From: Malacoraja senta
Taxonomy: Eukaryota
Direction of reading: 5' to 3'
Assembly: GCA_038087875.1 (NCBI GenBank)
Contig: CM075995.1
Coordinates: 6,326,001-6,390,000, forward strand
DNA: 64,000 bases
The position numbers were made by a program, and so were the translations under genes. The notes under the pieces are model-generated. The model saw only the letters and a program-made list of their open reading frames with translations. It searched no databases and was not told where the DNA came from. The number at the start of each line of letters is the position of its first letter. The first letter of the stretch is position 1. This document shows positions 1-11,040 of the stretch, piece after piece.

Positions 1-135
1 CTTCCGGCACCGCTCCTGCTTTTAAAGATGACTCATAAATTTCAACCAGGGCTCCGGCAATTTCCTCTATAGTTTCCCACAGTGTCCTATCGGATATATC
101 TGATCAGGCCTTGGAGATTTGTCTACCTTCATACA
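1..135 (-). mobile_element. Degraded CR1 LINE ORF2 fragment (runs off window)
   Basis: Reverse complement resembles the VDKSPGPD..YP..L.E...EIAGAL..I..SSL..G.VPE segment of the CR1 copies at 8948-9565 and 20517-22889. Confidence 0.6.
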
Positions 136-384
136 CAATGTCAAAGATGTGCATTGTTCTAGTGAACATTTTCCAATCAGCAATCCATAATTGTTTCACT
201 GATCTGATTTTACTTAGCAAAATAAATAAAACCATAAAAATGTGGAAAATTACAATGGAAGGATTTTTTCCCGTCAGATCATGCAAAAAGCAATTTTAGG
301 TACAATCCATGGGTTACTACTAGCTGGCACCATGTATCTAATGATTGTATCAAATAATTGTCTAGGTAATCCTCTAAGTAATTG

Positions 385-660
385 AGGGCAGTACAGTGGC
401 ACAGCTATTAGAGACCTGGGTTCCATCCTGCCCTTGGGAGTTGCCTGTGTGAAGTTTGTACATCCTCCCTGTGATCGCATGGGTTTCCTTTGGGTGCTCA
501 AGTTTCCTCTCATATCCGAAAGACATGTAGGTTAATTGGCCACTAAATTGCTCCAAGTGTAGGGAGTGGATGAGAAAGTGGGATAATATTGAACTAGTGT
601 GAATAGGTGATTGTCGTTGGGCCAAAGGGTCTGTTTCCTTGCTGTATCTCTAAACTAAAT
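385..660 (+). mobile_element. tRNA-derived V-SINE (HE1-like), diverged
   Basis: V-domain-like core (gtgaagtttgtacat..gggtttcc..ggtgctc..aaagac..ggttaattggc) and 3' tail gggccaaagggtctgtttcc..ctgtatctctaaactaaa. Confidence 0.75.
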
Positions 661-2169
661 GGTCTCTGTACGAGAAAGCACTTTATATTCTAATAATTTA
701 ACGACCAAGAAAAATCGCAACATTTCATATTGTTCTTCGTGACCATTTTCTTGATTCACCATCAACTCCTCAGCCAGAAAATCTAATCCTCACTCTTCAG
801 AAGTTTGCAATGTATCAGGTTCCCGTATAACTATTGATTTTAGTGAAAGAGTCTCAGGATCTCAGTCACATCTTACTTTTATACAACTTCTGATTCTGGC
901 GTTATTCCTGATAAATTTTAGCATTATGATTTTCTGCAGGTTTAAAGACCTTTTTAAGATATTCAGAACTGCACCCAACTCCCAACCAATAGTTTGGATA
1001 GATCCATCCTTACCTCTCTTCCACAGTGGTCTAAAGCTAGATGATTTTAACAATTTAAATTCACTCTTCTAAATTGTATTAACTTGCATGCATTCATCTA
1101 TTCTACATACTTGTCAAGTTCCATTCATGAAGTATATAAACTGCCATCTTATGAGAAAAATTGAATCCTTTTGCCTTAGATTATAAATGTCATATCTGTA
1201 TTCATTCTGCTGGTTGCTTTATGTTACTCCCCAACCTCCCCCCATGAATATTTTGCAGTTTACAATATTTGCTCACCACATACTTTGTATCAAGCAATTC
1301 AATACATCTGTCCAAAGCATCTAGATATGGAGAACAAATCTGCTTCAGTACAGACTTCTACGGCATGCTACTTCCAATTCACCTCTATCCAAATTATATC
1401 TATTTGCTTTAATCTGCTTTCCTGTCCATCGATTTTCCATCTATGCCACAGCATCACGTATTTCTCACCCGATTTTCTTTCTAAAAAGAGGCCTCACACA
1501 ACAGGTCAACAAATTCATTCAGAGTCCAGTGACAATCCTAATCCATTCTCAAATATACTACAATGCCAAAACACCTTGTTCAACCATAAACATCAATCTT
1601 ATCCTCACATAACTAATTTTGCTTTGATATTTGCAGCTGCTCTATTGTTTTTAAACAGAATGATGGTCATGAGGTAATCAAACCTCTAAATATAATAAAT
1701 TAATTACAAATTATGGATTTCAATTGTTTGTCCAAAAGTAACATGAGGTGACAAATCAAGTTTTGTTATGGTAGTCAAAATTATTACATTTGTTTTCATA
1801 TTTCCAAAACAAATCAGACCCTGTAGCTTGAGACTCAATGAACATGGCTTTCACTTGGCAAGAGGATGATGGTAATTATTAATAATCATATTAAGTTTTT
1901 ATTCTGTTAATCACCATTTTAATGGCCTTAATATTCAATTAATATATAGTTGGAGCAGTTTCCTGTCTGAATGCTAATTCACAAAGAAAATCAGTCAGAA
2001 ATGTGACGATTGACACATTCTCTCTTCTTCACTGCCTTTTTAAGTAAAGAAGAGAGAATGCCTCCATCTGTATATTAATAACAGTGCCCATCATTGACAA
2101 ACTTATTTTTACATCAAAATCTGTCCATTATATACAACTGGAAACCAGAGAGACAATTCATGACATAAA

Positions 2170-2262
2170 AAAACAAAGTGCTGGAGTAACTCGGCCAGTC
2201 AGGCAGCATCCTTGGAGAACATGGATAGGTGACGTTTCGGGTCGAGACCCTGCTTCAGACAA
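2170..2262 (-). mobile_element. Short Penelope-type element with degenerate minimal hammerhead motif
   Basis: gctggagtaactc..gcagcatc..ggtgacgtttcgggtcgagaccctgcttcag; same family as 4070-4270. Confidence 0.65.
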
Positions 2263-4069
2263 ATTGTGACAATTTGTTTGCGGGGAAAAAGGAGAAAAGT
2301 CTCCTTTAAGTTAAAGAACAGGCAAATTAATAGCAAAGTTGGAAAAAGAACTTTGTATTAAAATAAAACCTTCCAGGTTGAAACATGTGATAGGACCCCT
2401 AAAATAGCTGATGGTGTGGGGGAGGAAGAACAGTATACACAAGTATATGCAATGACAATATGGTGCAATAAATTTCACATCTTACTTTAAATCTATTTCA
2501 TCTTTTAAGGTTTGTTGTGAGTGGGTTTCTGAAAAATCCTATTCAAATCATACTAAATATTTATCCCATCAACTCAAAAATGTCCTCACCATTGGTCATA
2601 ACTAACTTAAAGAAATACAATGCATGCCAGCTTTTTATGAGCTCAAAGTACGAAAACCTTTTATTCACAACATCCGTAACCTTCCTCACACATTTCTTGC
2701 TACTGCATGGATACATTTCCCTTTCAAAAGATGATTAATTTTTCTTCTTTCCATGAATCACCATTCCTGGTCTCTAGTAAAAATATAAAGCGCTGAAGTA
2801 GCTCAGTGGGTCAGACAGCATCTATGGAGGAAATGGACAGGTGACGTTCCGAGTTGGAACACATCAAAAGTCCCAACGTGAAATTTTGACTGTCCATTTC
2901 ATCCACCGATGTTGCCTGACCCAGCGAGTTAATCCAGAACGTTGTGTTTTGCTCAAGATTTCAGTATCGGCCTTGCCTTGTATTTCCATGCCAGATGTTT
3001 AGCTGCTTTAGAGATAATTCAGTTATGGAATGCTATTATTATTTTGTTAATTTGAACTATCTGCAAACAAAAATGAAGCCATCTAATCAATTGGCAAGTT
3101 TCCATGCAAACAATCTAATAACATGAGGTAGGCCAAACTAATCACCATAAAGTAATCTTCAAATACAGTGCCCTCCATAATGTTTGGGACAAGGAGCCAT
3201 AATTTATTTATTTGTCTCTGTACTCCACAATTTGAGATTTGTAATAGAAAAATTCACATGTAGTTAAAGTGCACTTTGTCAGATTTTATTAAAGGGTATT
3301 TTTATACATTATGGTTTCACCATGTTATTTATACATAGTCCCCCCATTTCACGGCACCATAATGTTTGGGACACATGCAGAGCTGCAAAGTTTTGTCAGA
3401 GCATTTCAGTATTGTAGTACCTGAAAATCAGTATTTTGCTGACGAAATCAGTATTTTTACGCGGTGTCATTTTGCTGAGAAAAAAAGTTTATGTGCGGTC
3501 ATACCCATGTAAGAGTACAAGAATGCATAACTTGTTTATTGTGTATATGTAATACAGTTTGTTGTGTATTATATGTTAGAGCTGCTTTCTTGCATCTCCC
3601 TCTCGCTCTCTCTCAGTGTTGGTTGCAGCCATCGTCTGCTTCATTAAGGGAAGCTGGTCGGTGATTGGTCGCAATGCTCGGAGACTGTGTCTGGTTGGCC
3701 GCCGAGTGACCAGCGCATTGTGTGATTGGACACAATGCCCCTGGAGACAGCAGCTGATTGGACGCGAGGAGACCAATTTGTTGATTGGACGGGAATTTTA
3801 AGGGAAGCTGGTCGGTGATTGGACGCAACCCCCTTAGAGACAGAGGATGATTGGACGCCAAATAATCGGGCACAAAAAATTGACAAATAGGAAAACAAAA
3901 AAAATTTGAATTCCTATTTAAATCAGAACAATATGCCTGATCTGCAGTTCCTTCCTATTGAAGAAGAACCCTGGCCCGAAACAACTCCTAATCCGTTCCG
4001 TCCACAGATGCCGCCTAGCCCACTGAGTTCCTCCAGCACTCTATTTTTTATTTAACTCTGAAAATGAAG

Positions 4070-4270
4070 ATAGACATAAAGCTGGAGCAACTCAGCAGGA
4101 CAGGCAGCAACTCTGGAGAAAAGGAATGGGTGACGTTTCGGGTCGAGACCCTTCTTCAGACTGAACTGAACTCTTGTCGGTGAGAGTACTTGTGATTGTC
4201 TGAAGAAGGGTTTCGACCCGAAACGCCACCCACTCCCTCTCCCCAGAGCCGCCGCTCGTCCCGCTGAGCC
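4070..4270. ncRNA. Inverted pair of Penelope-type minimal hammerhead ribozyme motifs
   Basis: Minus 4128-4162 reads AGU-CUGAAGA-AGGGUCUCGACCC-GAAA-CGUC-ACCC (intact core); the plus copy at 4200-4230 has GUC changed to GCC. Activity untested. Confidence 0.65.
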
Positions 4271-4464
4271 ACCCCAGCCCCCCGTGTCCACCTTCAACTC
4301 CAGAGCCAAACAAAAAACACAGAGTGTGGAGGAACTCAGCGGGCCAGGCGGCACCCGCGGAGGGAACGGACCAGGAGCCGCCCCGGGCCAGGGCTCCCCC
4401 CAACAGGAAGGAACCGCAGACGCAGCGGTCCTCCCAATACGCCAAATGATTCCGGGAATGCTGA

Positions 4465-4690
4465 GGCGAGAGAGGGAGCGAGAGGGCGAGGAGAGGGGGC
4501 GAGAGAAAGCGAGAGATGAGATGGGGAGCGGGAGAGAGCGCGCGAGAGAAAGAGGGAGGGAGAGAGCGAAAGAGAGACACAGCGAGAGAGGGAGAGAGAG
4601 CAAGGGATGGAGGGAGAGAGAGAGAGAGGTGAGAGGGAGGGAGAGGAAGGGAGAGAGAGAGAGAAAGCGAGAGCAAGAGACAGAGAGACC
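4465..4690. repeat. Purine-rich (GA)n-like low-complexity tract
   Basis: Direct inspection. Confidence 0.9.
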
Positions 4691-5549
4691 CCAACCCAAG
4701 CACCGTGGCAGACCAACGCCCACAAAAACAATTATCCAGAACTTGAAACCCAAAACACCAATAGATTTAATCGGTTACAATCCCCAGAGGTACAGCATGA
4801 CCCCCCACATCCCTGCATTTTCCAAGCAGCAAGATCGCAAGTCAACCCTACCGGGCCACGTATTGGCAAACGGCAAGGCAACGAAACAGGAAGTCGGGCT
4901 GATCCCGGCCGCTCCCACCTGCCCGCTGCACCTCGGTGTTACGATTATCTATGGTCAATTTTGCGTTGTTAAATATGGACTTTAAAAAAATCCGTATTTA
5001 ACAACGCAAAACCGTACATCCGTATTCTTATCGCATTTCCATACAAAATATGGAAAATCCGTACTACTTGGCAGCTCTGCACATGGCTTCACAGGTGTGA
5101 TGTCCATGAATCGCAGACTTCAAACAGTCATTGCATGCAAATAATATGCAACAAAATACTAAACATGACTACTTTCATTTACATGACATTGCTGTGTCCA
5201 AAACATTATGGTGCCCTAAAATGGGGGACTATGTATAAACATTGCAGTAGTTTCTACATGGTGAAACCAAAATGTATAAAAATGGCCTTTATTAAAATCT
5301 GACAATGTGCACTTCAATCCGCATGTGATTTTTTCTATTACAAATCTCAAATTGTGGAGTACAGAGGCAAATAAATAAATAATGAGTCTTTGTCCCAAAC
5401 ATTGTGGAGGGCACTGTAGATTCATAATTTGTATAAAACAAATTATATAACTTCTACAATACGCTTGCTACTTTTAAAATTCTTTCAAATCATCTGAGAT
5501 TGAAACCTATACAGTATTTTCCTATTAAGAATATAATAGTTTTTAGTAC

Positions 5550-5725
5550 CTCTGAGTTTATACAGTTCACCACTGGCAGCTTGAACTATAAACATGTGAG
5601 AAACTTCATCACTGGGAGAGATCACTGCACCAGACAAATGTAGAACTCCTCGTGGTTTCTGACCTTTACACTGCTCGTTTACAAAGTATTGCAGTACGCC
5701 CAGCTCACAGTTCAGAACAAAATAC
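5550..5725 (-). CDS. OSBPL10: Internal coding exon of oxysterol-binding protein-related protein (OSBPL10/OSBPL11 type), PH domain
   Basis: 176-nt exon between tttttgtgatgcag| and |gtacta; translates (R)[58 protein letters not shown](A), matching the ORP10/ORP11 PH domain as I recall it. It is missing from the ORF track. OSBPL10 versus OSBPL11 is uncertain. Confidence 0.88.
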
Positions 5726-7102
5726 CTGCATCACAAAAATATTTTGTGTTAACATTTACATCAGGAACTCATTTGCTAGAATCATGCATTACATTATACA
5801 CCACAAAAATATTTTCCCACATGTTACTCGACCGTGTATACATCCTACAGAGGCATGTAAAATATTTAAATTGTCAAAGGGTAAGGAATGCTCGTAAATG
5901 AGTAAAAAGAGATCAATTTATTCAAATAAAATTTTTCTAAGAAACCACAAACTCCTAAATTGTGCCACTCTCTTGGGCATGGAGCCCTCCACCTCCATGG
6001 AGCCCTCCAGGCTCAAGCGCGTTTTCACATTTGCTGATACCTAAATATCAGATAGCGATAAAATAACCAGATCTAGTAATAAGTGAGTTTTCAGATTTAG
6101 TCAAGGCTTGTGAAATATGGCTCAGATCTTCAATATTTGGTAGCTCTACAGTGAATTTTAAACGGAAAAGCAGACATCCTCCTCACTACAATAAATGTTT
6201 GTAAAGGATGGTTTTCAATAAATGGGGTGTGCAAATTTATGCAATGTTGAATTCTAATGCCAAATCTTATACCATATAAAGTACATCACCATAGCTGGTT
6301 GACCAATTCCTGTCCGAGTGCTTTACTCTAAATTCATACATTGCTATGTTGATTGCTTGTTTTCTGTTAAGAACTCATTTGAACCACTCAATAAATCTAT
6401 GTATATGATATACATATTCAAACTAAAAAACTTTTTTTTCCTGTTTGTTCCTACCTAGCTTTTCATTTAATATTTCATACCAAATGATTGTCATTTAATC
6501 AAAATCTTCTTGTCCCCTCCTATTTGATGTGACATCATCTTATGTTTATATTTTCATAAATTCGTTCCAATTCTCAACACAAATTTCAAAATATTGAATT
6601 TAGGGTACATATGAAGTAGAAACTTTTATTCTCAAGATAACAAAACTTCTCTTAATTCAGCAATGCATATAAAACTGTAGCTTTTAAGAAATTAATTATG
6701 AGGAAATATTATATAACAGAACCGCTCGGATAGTGACTTTTATATAAGCTAGGTAATTTGCAAGAGAAAAGCTTAAGGTTTTCAGAAACATATGTCTCCT
6801 AAAGAAATGATCAGCCATGATCACATCGAAGGGCCAAATAGCCTACTCCTGCACCTATTGTCTATTGAAATAAAGTACAAAGAAACACACAGGGAACGGA
6901 TGAATCAAAACATAGAAACGCTAATATGAACCTGCAAAGAATGGATTACTGAATAGGGCCTCTTCTTAGGCCAGAGGTCATCTGCTCTTTCTCTATGGCA
7001 CATTCTTGAGCTCTGAATGTGGCATAAAAATAAAGTGTTATGCTGAGTTCGAGACAGAATTCAAGGCTGAGAGATAATCGACTCTGTGGTTAGCTTTGGC
7101 TA

Positions 7103-8043
7103 TGTTAAATTATAATGAGGTTGAGATAAGGGATGGATGCTTGGAGAGGAAAAGAATCAGATTGATGGATATGTGACCTTCCTTCTGTTTATAGAAAGTC
7201 GAAGAAGCAGATGTACTTTTGAGGTAATGGTCTAAAGTTGTAAATTTATCTTTGTTCTGTAATATTTGTAAAAGGCCTTGCAGATGAGATCGGAAATCCA
7301 TCTCCCAGAGATAGCAGGAAAAGAGGATGCAAATTAGAATGAAGCTGTATCCTGGCACAAAACACATATCATCAATTGTTGACAGATTTACGACCCATGT
7401 ATGCTTGGAGTTGGGTGGTGTGTGTGGGTTTTGAATTTAACTTAGAAGCTGTGTAATTCGGCTAACTCATATAATTAATGTTTTAATACAAAGGTAATAG
7501 TATTTTAAACTGTGTAAAATTGTAGTGAAACCATTTATGAAATGTATTGTCTAAGTAGGGTTGTAAACATTAGACTTTGTTTAGATTTATAGAAATGTCT
7601 TTCTTCTTGGTATGGAAAGTGTGTTTTGTTTGTATGACTTGTGTGATCATTGTATTACATATGTATCTTATATTTTGAGGAGTGGTCTTTGATAATTGAG
7701 CCTACTGTGGTTTTGCTGTGTTGAAATAAAATAATTCTAAACAAAGTTAAACCACAGGCAAACGAAGGTTGTAAAATGAGGCCAGAGAAGGGGAGATCAT
7801 GTGACTGCTGTAAATCACCAGAAGGACTCATATGATTGGTTACTAGTTTGTCATACCCTCTGTATCTGAAATGTCTAATACCTATATAAAGCAATGAGTT
7901 TGTATCAAAAACACAAAAACTAGCTCTGTGTTGGAATGTTCAAAGAATTGTCTCAGTACTGAATAAAGAATCGATTTCAACAGCTACAAGCATTTGAGTC
8001 AAGTTTTCTTGACTTTAGATAGACAAAAGAACTCAGTTTAACA
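7103..8043 (+). mobile_element. Possible solo LTR (~940 bp)
   Basis: TGTTAAA...TTTAACA inverted termini, TATA-like cctatataaag (~7881) then AATAAA (~7963); no clean TSD. Confidence 0.4.
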
Positions 8044-8623
8044 ATTATACCATAACAGATTGATGGCATGTAAAAAAAAAACGAATTGGCGAATGTTCTA
8101 TTTATTTCATGCATTTGGAATAGCCGAGAACAAAAGTAGAGCCAACAAACCTATAAAATCTCAATTAAATACGATGTGCATAGAAAAACAACAGAAAGGC
8201 TGCAAATATAAATATATAATTGTCTGAAAAGAAAAAGTACTATTAGATTGAAGAAAAGAATCAACACCACTTTAAGAAACAATGGAGCGTCCAAGGTGTT
8301 TCACAAAGCAAAATGTTTCGTCATGAGAAATACTAAAAAATAATGATGCAAGGTAAACAGACTGGGGAAGGGTCTCAACCCGAATCGTCACCCATTCCTT
8401 CTCTCCAGAGATGATGCCTGTCCCGTTGAATTACTCTAGCATTTTGTGTCTATCTTCTTAATAGTCAGAAATTCTTGCCCACTATACTAGTCAAGTCAAA
8501 ACCACCTTTAAAAATTAACACAAGAGACTGCAGATGCTGGAGGAACTCAGCAGGACAGGTATCATATGTGGAAGGAATAGACAGGCGATATTTGAGATTG
8601 GGTCTGAAGAAGGATCCCAACCC

Positions 8624-10653
8624 TGTTCGGTTGAAAGGAAAGAGTAATAATTGGAAAGAGCCATGGTTTTCAAGGGAAATTGGACACGGTTCGGAAAGAG
8701 AGAGATCTACAATAATTATAGTGCAGCATGGAGTAAATGAGGTGCTTGAGGAGTATAAAGAATGTAAAAAGAATCTTAAGAAAGAAATTAGATAAGCTAA
8801 AAGATATGAGGTTGCTTTGGCAAGTAAGGTGAAAGTAAATCCAAAGGGTTTCTACAGCTATATTAATAGCAAAAGGATAACGAGGGATAAAATTGGTCCA
8901 TTAGAGAGTCAGAGTGGACAGCTATCTGCAGAGCCAAAAGAGATAAATTGAACAATTTATTTTCTTCGGTATTCACCAAGGAGAAGGATATTGAATTATG
9001 TGAGGTAAGGGAAACAAGTAGAGTAGCTATGGAAACTATGAGGATCAAAGAAGAGGAAGTACTGACACTTTTGAAAAATATAAAAGTGGATAAGTCTCCA
9101 GGTCCTAACAGGATATTCCCATGGACATTGAGGGAAGTTAGTGTAGAAATAGCAGGGGCAATGACAGAAATATTTCAAATGTCATTAGAAACGGGAATGG
9201 TGCCGGAGGATTGGCGTACTGCGCATGTTGTTCCATTGTTTAAAAAGGGTTCTAAGAGTAAACCTAGCAATTATAGACCTGTTAGTTTGACGTCAGTGGT
9301 GGGCAAATTAATGGAAAGGATACTTAGAGATAATATATATAAGCATCTGGATAAACAGGGTCTGATTAGGAACAGTCAACATGGATTTGTGCCTGGAACG
9401 TCATGTTGGATTAATCTTCTTGAATTTTTTGAAGAGGTTACTAGGGAAATTGATGAGGTAAAGCGGTGGATGTTGTCTATATGGACTTCAGTAAGGCCTT
9501 TGACAAGGTTCCACATGGAAGGCTGGTTAAGAAGGTTCAATTGTTGGGTATTAATGGTGGAGTAGCAAGATGGATTAAACAGTGGCTGAATGGGAGAGAC
9601 CAGAGTAATGGTGGATGGCTGTTTGTCAGGTTGGAGGCCGGTGACAAGTGGGGTGCCTCAGGGATCTGTGTTGGGTCCACTGTTGTTTGTCATATACATC
9701 AATGATCTGGATGATGGTGTGGTAAACTGGATTAGTAAGTATGCAGATTATACTAAGATAGGTGGTGTTGTGGATAATGAAGTAGATTTTCAAAGTCTAC
9801 AAAGAGATTTAGGCCATTTGGAAGAGTGGGCTGAAAGATGTCAGATGGAGTTTAAAGCTGATAAGTGTGAGGTGCTACATCTTGGCAGGACAAATCAAAA
9901 TAGGACGTACATGGTAAATGGTAGCGAATTGAGGAATGCAGTTGAACAGAGGGATCTAGGAATAACTGTTCATAGTTCCCTGAAGGTGGAATCTCATGTA
10001 GATAGGGTGGTAAAGAAAGCTTTTGGTGTGCTGACCTTTATAAATCAGAGCATTGAGTATAGAAGTTGGGATGTAATGTTAAAATTGTACAAGGCATTGG
10101 TGAGGCCAATTCTGGAGTATGGTGTACAATTTTGGTCGCCAAATTATAGGAAAGATGTCAACAAAATAAAGAGAGAACAGAGGAGATTTACTAGAATGTT
10201 GCCTGGGTTTCAGCACCTAAGTTCCAGAGAAAGGTTGAACAAATTTGGTCTTTATTCTTTGGAGCGCAGAAGGTTAATGGGGGACTTGATAGAGGTCTTT
10301 AAAATTATGAGAGGGATAGACAGAGTTGACGTGGATAAGCTTTTTCCATTGAGAGTAGGGAAGATTCAAACTAGAGGACATGATTTGAGAATTAAGGGAC
10401 AGACGTTTAGGGGTAACATGAGGGGGAACTTCTTTACTCAGAGAGCTGTGTGGAATAAGCTTCCAGTGGAAGTGGTGGAGGCAGGTTCGATTTTATCATT
10501 TAAAAATAAATTGGATAAGTATATGGACGGGAAAGGAATGGAGGGTTATGGTCTGAGTGCAGGTAGATGGGACTAGGTGAGAGTAAGTGTTCGGCACGGA
10601 CGAGAAGGGCCGAGATGGCCTGTTTCCGTGCTGTAATTGTTATATGGTTATAT
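8624..10653 (+). mobile_element. 5'-truncated CR1 LINE, frameshifted ORF2 (reverse transcriptase)
   Basis: ORFs 8948-9565, 9466-9705 and 9590-10576 carry KSPGP, NYRPVSLTS, DFSKAFDKVPH, GVPQGSVLGP and YADY (YADD-like); 3' tail ggcctgtttccgtgctgta..(ttatatgg). Inserted inside a hammerhead-type element. Confidence 0.95.
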
Positions 10654-11040
10654 GATACATCGACTGCTTATTCCCACCAGTCACTCTGCCTGACCTGCTC
10701 AGTTCCTCCAGCTCTTTGTGTTTTGTTTAAAATAAATGTGCTCTCTTCCTTCCCAAACCTTATTCCAAAAGCTCAATAAATTTCAAATTCTTGCAACTTT
10801 AATAGTTGAAAGAAATGCTGGATATTCTATAGTACTGGCACATCACAAACAGAAATCCCGCTTCCACATGAGTATTTTTGAGGTTCAAAAATATTGTTGT
10901 TTACAAAATATGAACTTAGTTTAGAGATACAGTGCGGAAACAGTGCCCACCAAGTCCGCACCGACCAGCGATCCCCGCACATTAATACTATCCTACACTA
11001 GGGATGATTCACACTTATACCAAGCCAATTAACCCACAAA

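Larger units (their letters stand above)
3378..5079. mobile_element. Unclassified non-autonomous TIR DNA transposon with 6-bp TSD
   Basis: Termini CAGAGCTGC(A/C)AAG...CTTGGCAGCTCTG; CACATG on both sides (3372-77, 5080-85); subterminal aaatc(a/c)gta repeats; no transposase ORF. Confidence 0.75.
3166..5416 (+). mobile_element. Internally deleted Tc1/mariner DNA transposon with nested insertions
   Basis: TA flanks (3164-65, 5417-18); ~200-bp TIRs (cagtgccctcca..atgtttgggaca) with an internal direct repeat; 5100-5162 translates MSMNRRLQTVIACK*YATKY*, a typical Tc1 transposase C-terminus. Confidence 0.85.

Noticed and set aside
1014..1070. Minus-strand segment with a GTAAGG donor as the next OSBPL exon
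   Set aside because: Translation does not resemble the expected A.DAKE.Q.WV..L continuation.
4052..4985. 200-230-aa ORFs on both strands
   Set aside because: Driven by GA low complexity inside a transposon; no recognisable domain.
5960..6040. Minus-strand LEGSMEVEGSM segment as the upstream OSBPL exon
   Set aside because: No KYTN/GWQ motif and no convincing donor; a short direct repeat explains it.
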